Shown here: positions 7,608 to 14,999 of the stretch, one piece after another
Numbering within the stretch: position 1 is the first letter of the stretch
Layout of the letters: each line of letters starts with the position of its first letter
DNA from: Archangiaceae bacterium
GTDB taxonomy: Bacteria > Myxococcota > Myxococcia > Myxococcales > Myxococcaceae
Length of the DNA: 25,480 bases
Reading direction: 5' to 3'
Assembly: GCA_043750125.1 (NCBI GenBank)
Contig: JAYVCD010000064.1
Coordinates: 1 to 25,480 of the forward strand
Program-made: the position numbers and the translations under genes
Notes under the pieces: model-generated
What the model was told of the DNA's origin: nothing
What the model saw: the letters and a program-made list of their open reading frames with translations, nothing else
The model's database searches: none

Positions 7608-8968
7608 TATTCCTCCTTCCAATACACGAGACGGCCGAGGCCATCATCGAGGCGGATCACTGCGGTGATGGTTCGGGTCACGTCTCCGGCTTCGCCGGTC
7701 ACTTTGATTCGGTAGGTGTTCGATTTGTCGCCGATAAAGCGGTTGTTCTGCGCGTTGTTGGTAATCGTCGAATTGGTGGCGACGCCTGCGCTCTGCACGA
7801 TGTTGACGAAGTCGGTGACGCTCATTCCGAACATCGCGAACACCCGCGCAGTACGGATCTTCTTGATCAGCGTGTCGATGAACAGCGGGTCCTGCAGCCG
7901 GGGGTCGGGCTTGGCTGGGTCGGCGATCGCGCGTATTGCCAACTCGAGCAGCACCGGGTCATCGGTGTTGATGTTCTGCTTGCTGTTCTGATCGGGGAAC
8001 ACGGTGAGCTTGTCGCCGAAGGCCGCCATGAAGCGGTCGTTGACCCCGTGCACCATGTACAGCTCGTCCATGCTGTCGAAGCCGGCGTTCTTCGCGTGGT
8101 AGCGGGGCTCGAATTTGTTGTAGCTGTAGTTCTCGTCCGAAAAGCCCTTTGCGAAGGGGTCGCCCTTGCCTGACAGATTCAGCTGGGTCCCGACCTCATC
8201 CTCGTCGAGCCAGTCGCGCATCGCGATGATCACGTCGGTGGGCACCACTTTTTCGCGGTTGCTGTCTTCCTTCTCGAAGAGAAACTCGTACTTCTTGTCG
8301 GCGAACGCCGCGAGGGTCTGAATCAGCGCGACCTGGGCCGACAGCTGGGGCGCGTTGAGCTTGCTGACGTTGATCTTCTCTTCCTCGTCCGACAGCACCG
8401 TGGTGAAGCAGCCCTCGAACCCTCCGAACTTGCGCTTCGTCTGCGCTTGCGCCAGCTCGGGGTTCTCATCGTCGAAGTCGAACTTCTTGCTGCTGCTGCT
8501 CTTGGTCGCCGCCAAGCCCCCTTTCTTCGGGTCCTCTTCCGGCATCATCTGCTGAAGCATGTAGCAGTCGATCTTCGCCATTCGCCAAAGCTGCAGCGAC
8601 ATCGAAGAAGGAGCCGCCGGAGCTCCCGCCGCGCCGCCCTTGCCCCCCAGCGCTGCCGCAATTGCCGTCGCGGGATCTCCACCCCCGCTCATCGCCTGGG
8701 TCAGCTGCTGCAACATTCCGCCGATGTTCGGAATCTGGATCTGGTCCATCTGCTTCTGGAACTTGAGCATCAGTCGCGACAGGCCGATGCCGCTGCGCGC
8801 GAGGTAATGGGCGCGCAGATCGTCGCGCTGGTTGGTCGCCAGCCGGATCTCTACGATCGAGTTGTAGCGAATCTCATTCGAGACGAGCCCCAGCACCGCC
8901 AGACCCACCAGCACCAACAGCAGCGCCACCCCGCGGTCCCGGCCAACATTTTGATAGAGGCGTCTCAT
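7607..8968 (-). CDS. gspK: Minor pseudopilin GspK (453 aa)
   Basis: Start at 8968 (TGATG overlap with gspJ). RG|VALLLVLV prepilin site without E5; DEEEKINV, RDWLDED, ELYMVHGV and NINT motifs typical of GspK. Confidence 0.9.
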   Translation of the reverse strand: MRRLYQNVGRDRGVALLLVLVGLAVLGLVSNEIRYNSIVEIRLATNQRDDLRAHYLARSGIGLSRLMLKFQKQMDQIQIPNIGGMLQQLTQAMSGGGDPATAIAAALGGKGGAAGAPAAPSSMSLQLWRMAKIDCYMLQQMMPEEDPKKGGLAATKSSSSKKFDFDDENPELAQAQTKRKFGGFEGCFTTVLSDEEEKINVSKLNAPQLSAQVALIQTLAAFADKKYEFLFEKEDSNREKVVPTDVIIAMRDWLDEDEVGTQLNLSGKGDPFAKGFSDENYSYNKFEPRYHAKNAGFDSMDELYMVHGVNDRFMAAFGDKLTVFPDQNSKQNINTDDPVLLELAIRAIADPAKPDPRLQDPLFIDTLIKKIRTARVFAMFGMSVTDFVNIVQSAGVATNSTITNNAQNNRFIGDKSNTYRIKVTGEAGDVTRTITAVIRLDDGLGRLVYWKEE

Positions 8969-9642
8969 CAGAACCTCGGCATCTCGGTGTTGAGCATGAT
9001 CCGCGTCTGGGTCGTGTACTTGACCTCTTTGCCGTTCTCGTCGAGCGCAAAGAGCGTGATCTTCACCCGCGTAGGCAAGATCGATTTCCGATCGGACTTG
9101 CGGGTGTCCCAATCGTCTTCCCACTGCTTGCGTTCGCTGTTCCAGTACTGGAACTCGATCTTCTTTGCGCCTTCGAACAGCACGTCCTCGGTGCCGCCGC
9201 GGTCCATCGCTTCTTCGAGCAGCGCCTTCTCGCGGCGCACCAGGTCGTTGCGGTCGCGTACGCCTTTCTCGACCGAAGACTTCACCTGGTACTCGACCAC
9301 CATCTGGTCGCTCTCTTTGGCATCTGAGTACAGCCGCTGGTGTGCCAGTGAAGTGAACAGCAGCTTCTCGCGCGTGCCGATGAAGTTGGTGGGGCGATCG
9401 AAGGCATCGCGGTACCGCTTCGAGTCATACCGATCGCTGACGTAGGCGGCGCCGATCTCGCGGGTCATCCGCGCCATGGCCGTGCGCAGCATCCGGTAGC
9501 GCTCGGCCGTGCCCTCGATCGTCTCTTTGGCTTTGATCGTGTTGTTGAATGCGACCCCGATTCCCAGCCCGATGAACGACGTGATCGCGATCGCGATCAT
9601 GATTTCCATCAGCGTAAAGCCCCTTGAGGTGGGCCGGGTCAT
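8968..9642 (-). CDS. gspJ: Minor pseudopilin GspJ (224 aa)
   Basis: RG|FTLMEIMIAIAI class III signal; C-terminal W-x-x-x-W and LPTRVKITL; position between gspI and gspK. Confidence 0.9.
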   Translation of the reverse strand: MTRPTSRGFTLMEIMIAIAITSFIGLGIGVAFNNTIKAKETIEGTAERYRMLRTAMARMTREIGAAYVSDRYDSKRYRDAFDRPTNFIGTREKLLFTSLAHQRLYSDAKESDQMVVEYQVKSSVEKGVRDRNDLVRREKALLEEAMDRGGTEDVLFEGAKKIEFQYWNSERKQWEDDWDTRKSDRKSILPTRVKITLFALDENGKEVKYTTQTRIMLNTEMPRF

Positions 9643-10541
9643 TGGGGAAATACCCGCTGTTGGGTGGGCAGTCGGTTCTTCGGCACGGTACCCAGACCGG
9701 GAATCTGGAACTTGCTGGCGGCTCCAGCGCCCAGCGTGGCGGGCCCGCCTCGGGGACTGCCGAACTGATCTGCCGGAACGACAAGCGTGTTGTCCGAAGG
9801 ATCTCGCATCGTCCCATCGGCTCCCGCCACCGGGTTGGCCACCGGCATTCCGTTATCGGCGCGAACGAAGCCGGTGGCCGCAGCCCCCGGAGCTCCCGCG
9901 GCCCCCGCTGCGCCACCGTTGCGATCGCTGCCCGGCCCGAGCGAAACCACGTGCGTCACCAGGTCGATGCTCTCAGTCAGCTTTCCTTCCTTCCAGCTGA
10001 CGGTCAGGTGCACTTCCCGCACCGACTTCTGCAGGGTGTCGATCATCGTCTGGAATTGCTGCTGCGCCATTCCTGCCGCGGGGCCCAGCGCTCCCAGCAT
10101 TCCGGCCTTCGGATCCCCGGCCGGCGCGCCCGGAGGAGGCTTGCCGCCCCCGAAGAGGCCCGCGATCGCACCCATTCCTGCGCCGGCTTCACCCTCGCCA
10201 CCGCCGGTCGGAAGGTTGAAGATCGCTCCAATCAATTGATCCGGGGTCAGCCCGTTCGTCTTCGGAGCGATCACCTTCGCGCGCCACTTGTAGCTGGCCC
10301 ACCCTTCCTCGGAAAAATCGCCCGCCTGCTCGTCATCGTCCAGCTGGAAACCCTTGTCGTAGAGGTCCTGCTCGAGGTCGACCATCTTCGATCGGGCCAG
10401 CAGCGTAGCGACGGTCAGCTTCTTCGCGTAGACGTGGGCGTAGACCGCTTGCGAGCTGATCTGGAAGATCGCCATCAACGACAGCGCGAGAATCGCCAGC
10501 GCGATGATCGCTTCGAGCAGCGTGAACCCCGCGCGCCTCAT
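9639..10541 (-). CDS. gspI: Minor pseudopilin GspI, extended (300 aa)
   Basis: Start at 10541 (ATGA overlap with gspH). AG|FTLLEAIIALAIL; YKWR and VREVHLTVSW strands; long G/A/P-rich insert and tail. Confidence 0.85.
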   Translation of the reverse strand: MRRAGFTLLEAIIALAILALSLMAIFQISSQAVYAHVYAKKLTVATLLARSKMVDLEQDLYDKGFQLDDDEQAGDFSEEGWASYKWRAKVIAPKTNGLTPDQLIGAIFNLPTGGGEGEAGAGMGAIAGLFGGGKPPPGAPAGDPKAGMLGALGPAAGMAQQQFQTMIDTLQKSVREVHLTVSWKEGKLTESIDLVTHVVSLGPGSDRNGGAAGAAGAPGAAATGFVRADNGMPVANPVAGADGTMRDPSDNTLVVPADQFGSPRGGPATLGAGAASKFQIPGLGTVPKNRLPTQQRVFPQ

Positions 10542-11236
10542 GACCGGGGCACCTCGAGCTCTTCTGAAGCCGACGCGACTTTTCCAGTCAGTGGCGACAC
10601 GGACAGCGTCCACACGTTCGGGCCCTGACGGACGTAGACCTGGGCCCGCTCGGTGAAGCCCTGCGGAAAAAAGTAGAGATAGGCCGGACCGCTTTTGGTC
10701 GCCGCGCGCAGCGACTTGGTCCACACCCAGACGCGAACCGAGTCGGGCAGGGTGCGCGCGGGAATCTGCTCGGTCGTGAAGGTGCTGAACTTGGCCGCTT
10801 CATCGACCCGTGCTTTCTCCCGGGCCATCAACTCTTGCAGCGTCGGGGCGTCGTCCGAGTCCGACCGGGTGAAGCGCTTGTCGTCCTCATCGAGCCGGTC
10901 TTTCTTTTTGCGTGGGTGGCCTTCCTTGGAGGCATCTTTCTGTTCTTCGTCGCGGTTCTTGGCGGCGGTGAGCCCCGACTTGGCGCATTCGGCGTGGTAG
11001 GTGACCGCGCCACCGGTGTCCTTTTCCGAGGGCAACTCGAAGACCAGCCGGCACGTCTTTCCGGTCAGATTCGCCGTGTCGTAGAGCGAACGAATGACGC
11101 CGGTGAGCTCGGTCGCAGCCTCTTTGGCCTTGGCCCCGGTCAGCGAGCCGACTCCGATGATCACCGCAGCGAACAGCACCGCGATGATCGCCAGGGCGAC
11201 CACCATCTCGATCAACGTGAAGCCGCGGGCTCTCAC
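10538..11236 (-). CDS. gspH: Minor pseudopilin GspH (232 aa)
   Basis: GTG start at 11236 overlaps the sORF stop (GTGA); 11239 is an alternative. RG|FTLIEMVVALAII; YFFPQG and VSPLTG C-terminal motifs. Confidence 0.85.
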   Translation of the reverse strand: MRARGFTLIEMVVALAIIAVLFAAVIIGVGSLTGAKAKEAATELTGVIRSLYDTANLTGKTCRLVFELPSEKDTGGAVTYHAECAKSGLTAAKNRDEEQKDASKEGHPRKKKDRLDEDDKRFTRSDSDDAPTLQELMAREKARVDEAAKFSTFTTEQIPARTLPDSVRVWVWTKSLRAATKSGPAYLYFFPQGFTERAQVYVRQGPNVWTLSVSPLTGKVASASEELEVPRS

Positions 11237-11367
11237 CACAGCCCCCGAAGCAGGTCGGTGAACATCCAGACCAACGCGGCCAGGCCGAGGACAACGCCGA
11301 TCTGCACCGGACTCAGCCCGGTGTTCGATTCGGCCGTTGACGGCTTCTGGCTGCGCGGGTCGGTCAT
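11233..11367 (-). CDS. Small single-TM membrane protein (44 aa), absent from the ORF track
   Basis: MTDPRSQKPSTAESNTGLSPVQIGVVLGLAALVWMFTDLLRGLW-stop. Its ATG overlaps the gspG stop (ATGA) and its stop overlaps the gspH GTG (GTGA), filling the gap exactly. Confidence 0.7.
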   Translation of the reverse strand: MTDPRSQKPSTAESNTGLSPVQIGVVLGLAALVWMFTDLLRGLW

Positions 11368-11801
11368 TTTTTGTCTGCGACGGCCGAGTCCTTGCTCGAG
11401 ATGTCGGCGTCGTTGTCCGTCCCGCCCGGCGCCCCGTCCTTGGCGTAGGTCATGATCACCGGCTTTCCGTTCTCGAGCAGGTAGACGTACTCATGGTCCC
11501 AGGGGTCGGTGGGCAGCTTGTCCACGATCTGACTGTCGACCAGGGCCTTCAAGCCCAGGCCGGTGTCGGGGTACTTCCCCTTTTTCGCGTAGTAGGTGTC
11601 GAGCCCCTGCTTGATCGCGGGAATGTCGATCCCCCGGGCACGGTCGCGCTTGGCCTCTTCGAGCCGGGGAATCACGGCCACCGCGACCGAGGCAGTCAGC
11701 AGCGCGATGATCGTGATCACCACGATGATTTCAATCAACGTCATTCCGCGTCGTCCGGCGCGAGCCATGCGGCGGGTCAGGGTCTGCAATCGGCGGTTCA
11801 T
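11364..11801 (-). CDS. gspG: Major pseudopilin GspG (145 aa)
   Basis: AAGGAG RBS; RRG|MTLIEIIVVITII; YPDT, PTDPWDHEYVY and DGAPGGTDNDADI (GspG C-terminal Ca-binding loop type). Confidence 0.93.
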   Translation of the reverse strand: MNRRLQTLTRRMARAGRRGMTLIEIIVVITIIALLTASVAVAVIPRLEEAKRDRARGIDIPAIKQGLDTYYAKKGKYPDTGLGLKALVDSQIVDKLPTDPWDHEYVYLLENGKPVIMTYAKDGAPGGTDNDADISSKDSAVADKK

Positions 11802-11829
11802 GGTGTCGTCTCCTTCACATCAAATAGAA

Positions 11830-11845
11830 CGCAATGCCGGTGCCC
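11830..11845 (-). promoter_or_regulatory. Putative internal sigma54 promoter upstream of gspG
   Basis: Minus strand reads GGGCAC-CGGCA-TTGCG in the 132-bp gspF-gspG gap. Predicted +1 is near 11819, just upstream of the gspG RBS. Confidence 0.6.
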
Positions 11846-11933
11846 AACAGTCCTGCTGCGAGCGCAAGCAGGGCGGTGGTGGTCAATCGCTGTACCCAGC
11901 GATCGAGCGGCGGATTTTCGTGGGCGAGTTGTT

Positions 11934-13205
11934 TCATTTGATACTCGAGTTCATCTGCAGAATTGGCATCAGAATGCTGAAGGCCACAAAGGCAATCACT
12001 CCGCCCATTGCAACGATCATCAGCGGTTCGAGCAAGCTGGTGAGCGCTCCGATTCGCACGTTCACCTGCGACTCATAGCTGTCCGCAACGTTGACCAGCA
12101 TGTCTTCCAACTGGCCGCTCTTCTCGCCAATCGCAATCATGTGGTAGACGAGCGGCGGAAATTCGCCCGACTTCTTCAGCGGCGCGGCGATGCTTTCTCC
12201 TTCCGAGATCGCTTCTTTCGCCTTGTCGATGACGTCGGCGAGCACCGAATTGGTGATCACGTTCTTTACGATGTCCATCGCGGTCAACAACGGGACCCCC
12301 GACTTGAGCAGCGTTGCCAGAGTCCGGGTGAAGCGCGCCACCGACAGCATTCGCACCAGCCCGCCAAACACCGGTACCTTCAGCAGCACGCGATCGAACA
12401 CCGGCTTGCCGGTCTCACTTCGGCTCCAGAAGACGAAGGCCGAGACCATGCCCACCACCATCGGAATGAAGATGAACCAATAATCCTGCAAGGCATTGGA
12501 CGTGAAGATCAGCAGCCGGGTCGTCCACGGCAGCGTGACTTTCATGTCGTCGAACACCTTGGTGACCTTCGGGACGACGACCGTCATCAACAGCACCAGC
12601 ACGCCGCCGCCGACCACCGACATGATCGCCGGGTACATCATCGTTCCCACGACCTTTTGCTTCAGTCGCGACTGCCCTTCGGTGAACTCGGCCAACCGCA
12701 ACAGCACCGCGTCGAGCGCGCCCGAATGCTCACCCGCGCGAATCATGTTCACGTACAGCTTGCCGAAGACCTTTTCGTGAATCTGCAGCGCGTCAGCCAA
12801 CGAGCTGCCTTCATTCACCTTCTGCTTCGTTTCTGAGAGCACCCGCTTCAGCCGCTCTTTCTCGACCTGCTCGACCAGGGCGGTGAGCGCCTCGACCAGA
12901 GTGACGCCTGCGCCGAGCAGCGTGGCGAGCTGGCGGGTCATGATCGCGATGTCGTCGGTGCTGATTCCACCGCCAGCCCACTTTCGAAGGTTTACGTCCT
13001 GGTTGAGCGCGGCGCCCACCGAACCCGCCGTCTTCTTCGCGCTCTTCACCTTCTTTCCCGCTGCGTCGGCCTGCCCGAGCACGTCGGTCAGGAAGATGCC
13101 GTCTTTGCGCAGCACGCCCCGCAAGCCCTTGGGGCTGTCAGCCTCTTTGAGGCCCGTCACCGCCTTGCCGGCCTCGTTGAGGCCCTTGTATTCAAAGACA
13201 GCCAT
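11934..13205 (-). CDS. gspF: T2SS inner-membrane platform protein GspF (423 aa)
   Basis: MAVFEYKG start; TRQLATLLGAGV, AGEHSGALD, MYP, IGEKSGQLEDML and LLEPLMIV motifs; three TMs. Confidence 0.96.
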   Translation of the reverse strand: MAVFEYKGLNEAGKAVTGLKEADSPKGLRGVLRKDGIFLTDVLGQADAAGKKVKSAKKTAGSVGAALNQDVNLRKWAGGGISTDDIAIMTRQLATLLGAGVTLVEALTALVEQVEKERLKRVLSETKQKVNEGSSLADALQIHEKVFGKLYVNMIRAGEHSGALDAVLLRLAEFTEGQSRLKQKVVGTMMYPAIMSVVGGGVLVLLMTVVVPKVTKVFDDMKVTLPWTTRLLIFTSNALQDYWFIFIPMVVGMVSAFVFWSRSETGKPVFDRVLLKVPVFGGLVRMLSVARFTRTLATLLKSGVPLLTAMDIVKNVITNSVLADVIDKAKEAISEGESIAAPLKKSGEFPPLVYHMIAIGEKSGQLEDMLVNVADSYESQVNVRIGALTSLLEPLMIVAMGGVIAFVAFSILMPILQMNSSIK

Positions 13206-13211
13206 GGCCGA

Positions 13212-14996
13212 TTACATGTCCTCCTGGGTGACGCTGAGGACCTCGGCGATGGTGGTTTCTCCGATGGCGATCTTCAGCGCGCCGTCGTCGAGCAGGGACA
13301 GCATTCCCTTTTCCATCGCCTTCTTCTTGATCGTGGCCGAGTCGACGTTTTTCAAGACCAGCTGGCGAATGTCGTCGTCGACCAGCAGCAATTCGTAGAT
13401 TCCGGTTCGGCCGCGGTACCCGTTCTTGCCGCAGGCGTTGCAACCTTCGGCGCGGTACACGTCGCCGCCCCCCAGGGCCTTGAAGCGCTCGCGGTTCATG
13501 CCCAACTTTCCAAGCTCGTCGTCGGTGGGGGTGTACTTCACCCGGCACTCTCGGCAGACCCGGCGCACCAGCCGCTGGGCGAGCACCCCGGTCAGCGAGC
13601 TGGCAACGAGAAACGGCTCGATTCCCATCTCGACCAGACGGGTCACGGCGCCGGCGGCGTCGTTGGTGTGGACCGTGGAAAAGACCAGGTGCCCGGTGAG
13701 CGAGGCTTCGATCGCAATCTGCGCCGTCTCTTTGTCGCGGATTTCGCCGACCATGATGATGTCGGGATCCTGGCGAAGAAAGCTGCGCAGCCCGGCGGCG
13801 AAGGTCAGCCCGATCTTCGGCTGAATCGCCATCTGGCCAATGCCCTTCAGCTGGTACTCGACCGGATCTTCGACCGTGAGAATGTTGAGGTCCGGGGTGT
13901 TGATCCGCGACAGCGCGCCGTAGAGCGTGGTCGTCTTTCCCGAGCCGGTGGGGCCGGTGACCAGCACGATGCCGTGCGAGCGATGAATGATGTCGTCCAC
14001 GTCGCCGAGGATGTCGGGGTTCATTCCGATCTCAGCCAGGTCGAGCAGCACCGCGTTCTTGTCCAGAAGCCGCATCACGATGCGTTCCCCGTGAGTGACG
14101 GGGATGCACGAGACGCGAATGTCGATGTCGCGGCCGGCCAGCTTGATTCGAATGCGGCCATCCTGGGGCAGCCGTTTTTCGGCGATGTTGAGCTGCGCCA
14201 TGATCTTCACGCGGCTCAAGATGCTCGACTGGTAGCGCTTGGGCGGCTTGATGATTTCCATCAGCACGCCGTCGATTCGGAAGCGCACCGACAGCTCGCG
14301 TTCCATCGGCTCGATGTGAATGTCGCTCGCCCGCTCTTTCGCCGCCCGGAACAGCAGCGAATTGACCAGCCGGATGATCGGCGCTTCGTCGCCGGTGTCG
14401 AGCAGGTCCTGCGCTTCTTCGAGCGAGGCCTCGGCCGACTGCAGGTCCTGCGCTTCCATCTCATCGACGACCTGCTCGGCCTCGTTGAGGTTGCGGTCGT
14501 AGACCTGGTTGATCGCATCGACGATTCGGCTGGCGAGCGCGACCTTGGGAAGCACGTCGCGACCCAGCAGCATCCGCGCGTGGTCCAGCGTCGCGGTGTC
14601 CAGAGGATCCGAGACGACCAGCACCACCTGATCGCTTTCGATCTTCAGCGGCAGCACCTTGTTCTGCTTGGCGAAGTTGATCGGCATTCGCGCGATCAGC
14701 TCGGCCTCTACGTCGTCAGCCGAGATCGCCGCGACGTACTCGAGGTCCAGCTGAGCGGCCAACGCCCGCACCACGTCTTCTTCACTGCAGGCCTTCAAGC
14801 CCACCAGCACTTCGCCCAACCGCCCGCCCTTTTCGACTTGAGACGCCAACGCCTCGTTGAGCCTCTCTTCGGTCAGCCCCATCGAGTGGATGAGGATCTG
14901 CCCCAGCGGGCGCCCGAACAGGTACGCCGGGCCATGCGCAACCTGTTGGGTGCGCTCAGTGACCGGAAGCTCAGCGGTGTTGGCTCGGGTAGACAC
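13212..14996 (-). CDS. gspE: T2SS ATPase GspE (594 aa)
   Basis: ASDIHIEP, EKRLPQDGR, Walker A GPTGSGKT, LRQDPDIIMVGEIRD, STVHTN, two CxxC Zn motifs and GYRGRTG. Confidence 0.97.
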   Translation of the reverse strand: MSTRANTAELPVTERTQQVAHGPAYLFGRPLGQILIHSMGLTEERLNEALASQVEKGGRLGEVLVGLKACSEEDVVRALAAQLDLEYVAAISADDVEAELIARMPINFAKQNKVLPLKIESDQVVLVVSDPLDTATLDHARMLLGRDVLPKVALASRIVDAINQVYDRNLNEAEQVVDEMEAQDLQSAEASLEEAQDLLDTGDEAPIIRLVNSLLFRAAKERASDIHIEPMERELSVRFRIDGVLMEIIKPPKRYQSSILSRVKIMAQLNIAEKRLPQDGRIRIKLAGRDIDIRVSCIPVTHGERIVMRLLDKNAVLLDLAEIGMNPDILGDVDDIIHRSHGIVLVTGPTGSGKTTTLYGALSRINTPDLNILTVEDPVEYQLKGIGQMAIQPKIGLTFAAGLRSFLRQDPDIIMVGEIRDKETAQIAIEASLTGHLVFSTVHTNDAAGAVTRLVEMGIEPFLVASSLTGVLAQRLVRRVCRECRVKYTPTDDELGKLGMNRERFKALGGGDVYRAEGCNACGKNGYRGRTGIYELLLVDDDIRQLVLKNVDSATIKKKAMEKGMLSLLDDGALKIAIGETTIAEVLSVTQEDM

Positions 14997-14999
14997 GGG

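Noticed and set aside
7607-10724. Track starts for gspL (7622), gspK (9124) and gspI (10724)
   Set aside because: They extend into upstream genes; the coupled starts at 7607, 8968 and 10541 place the motifs and prepilin sites correctly.
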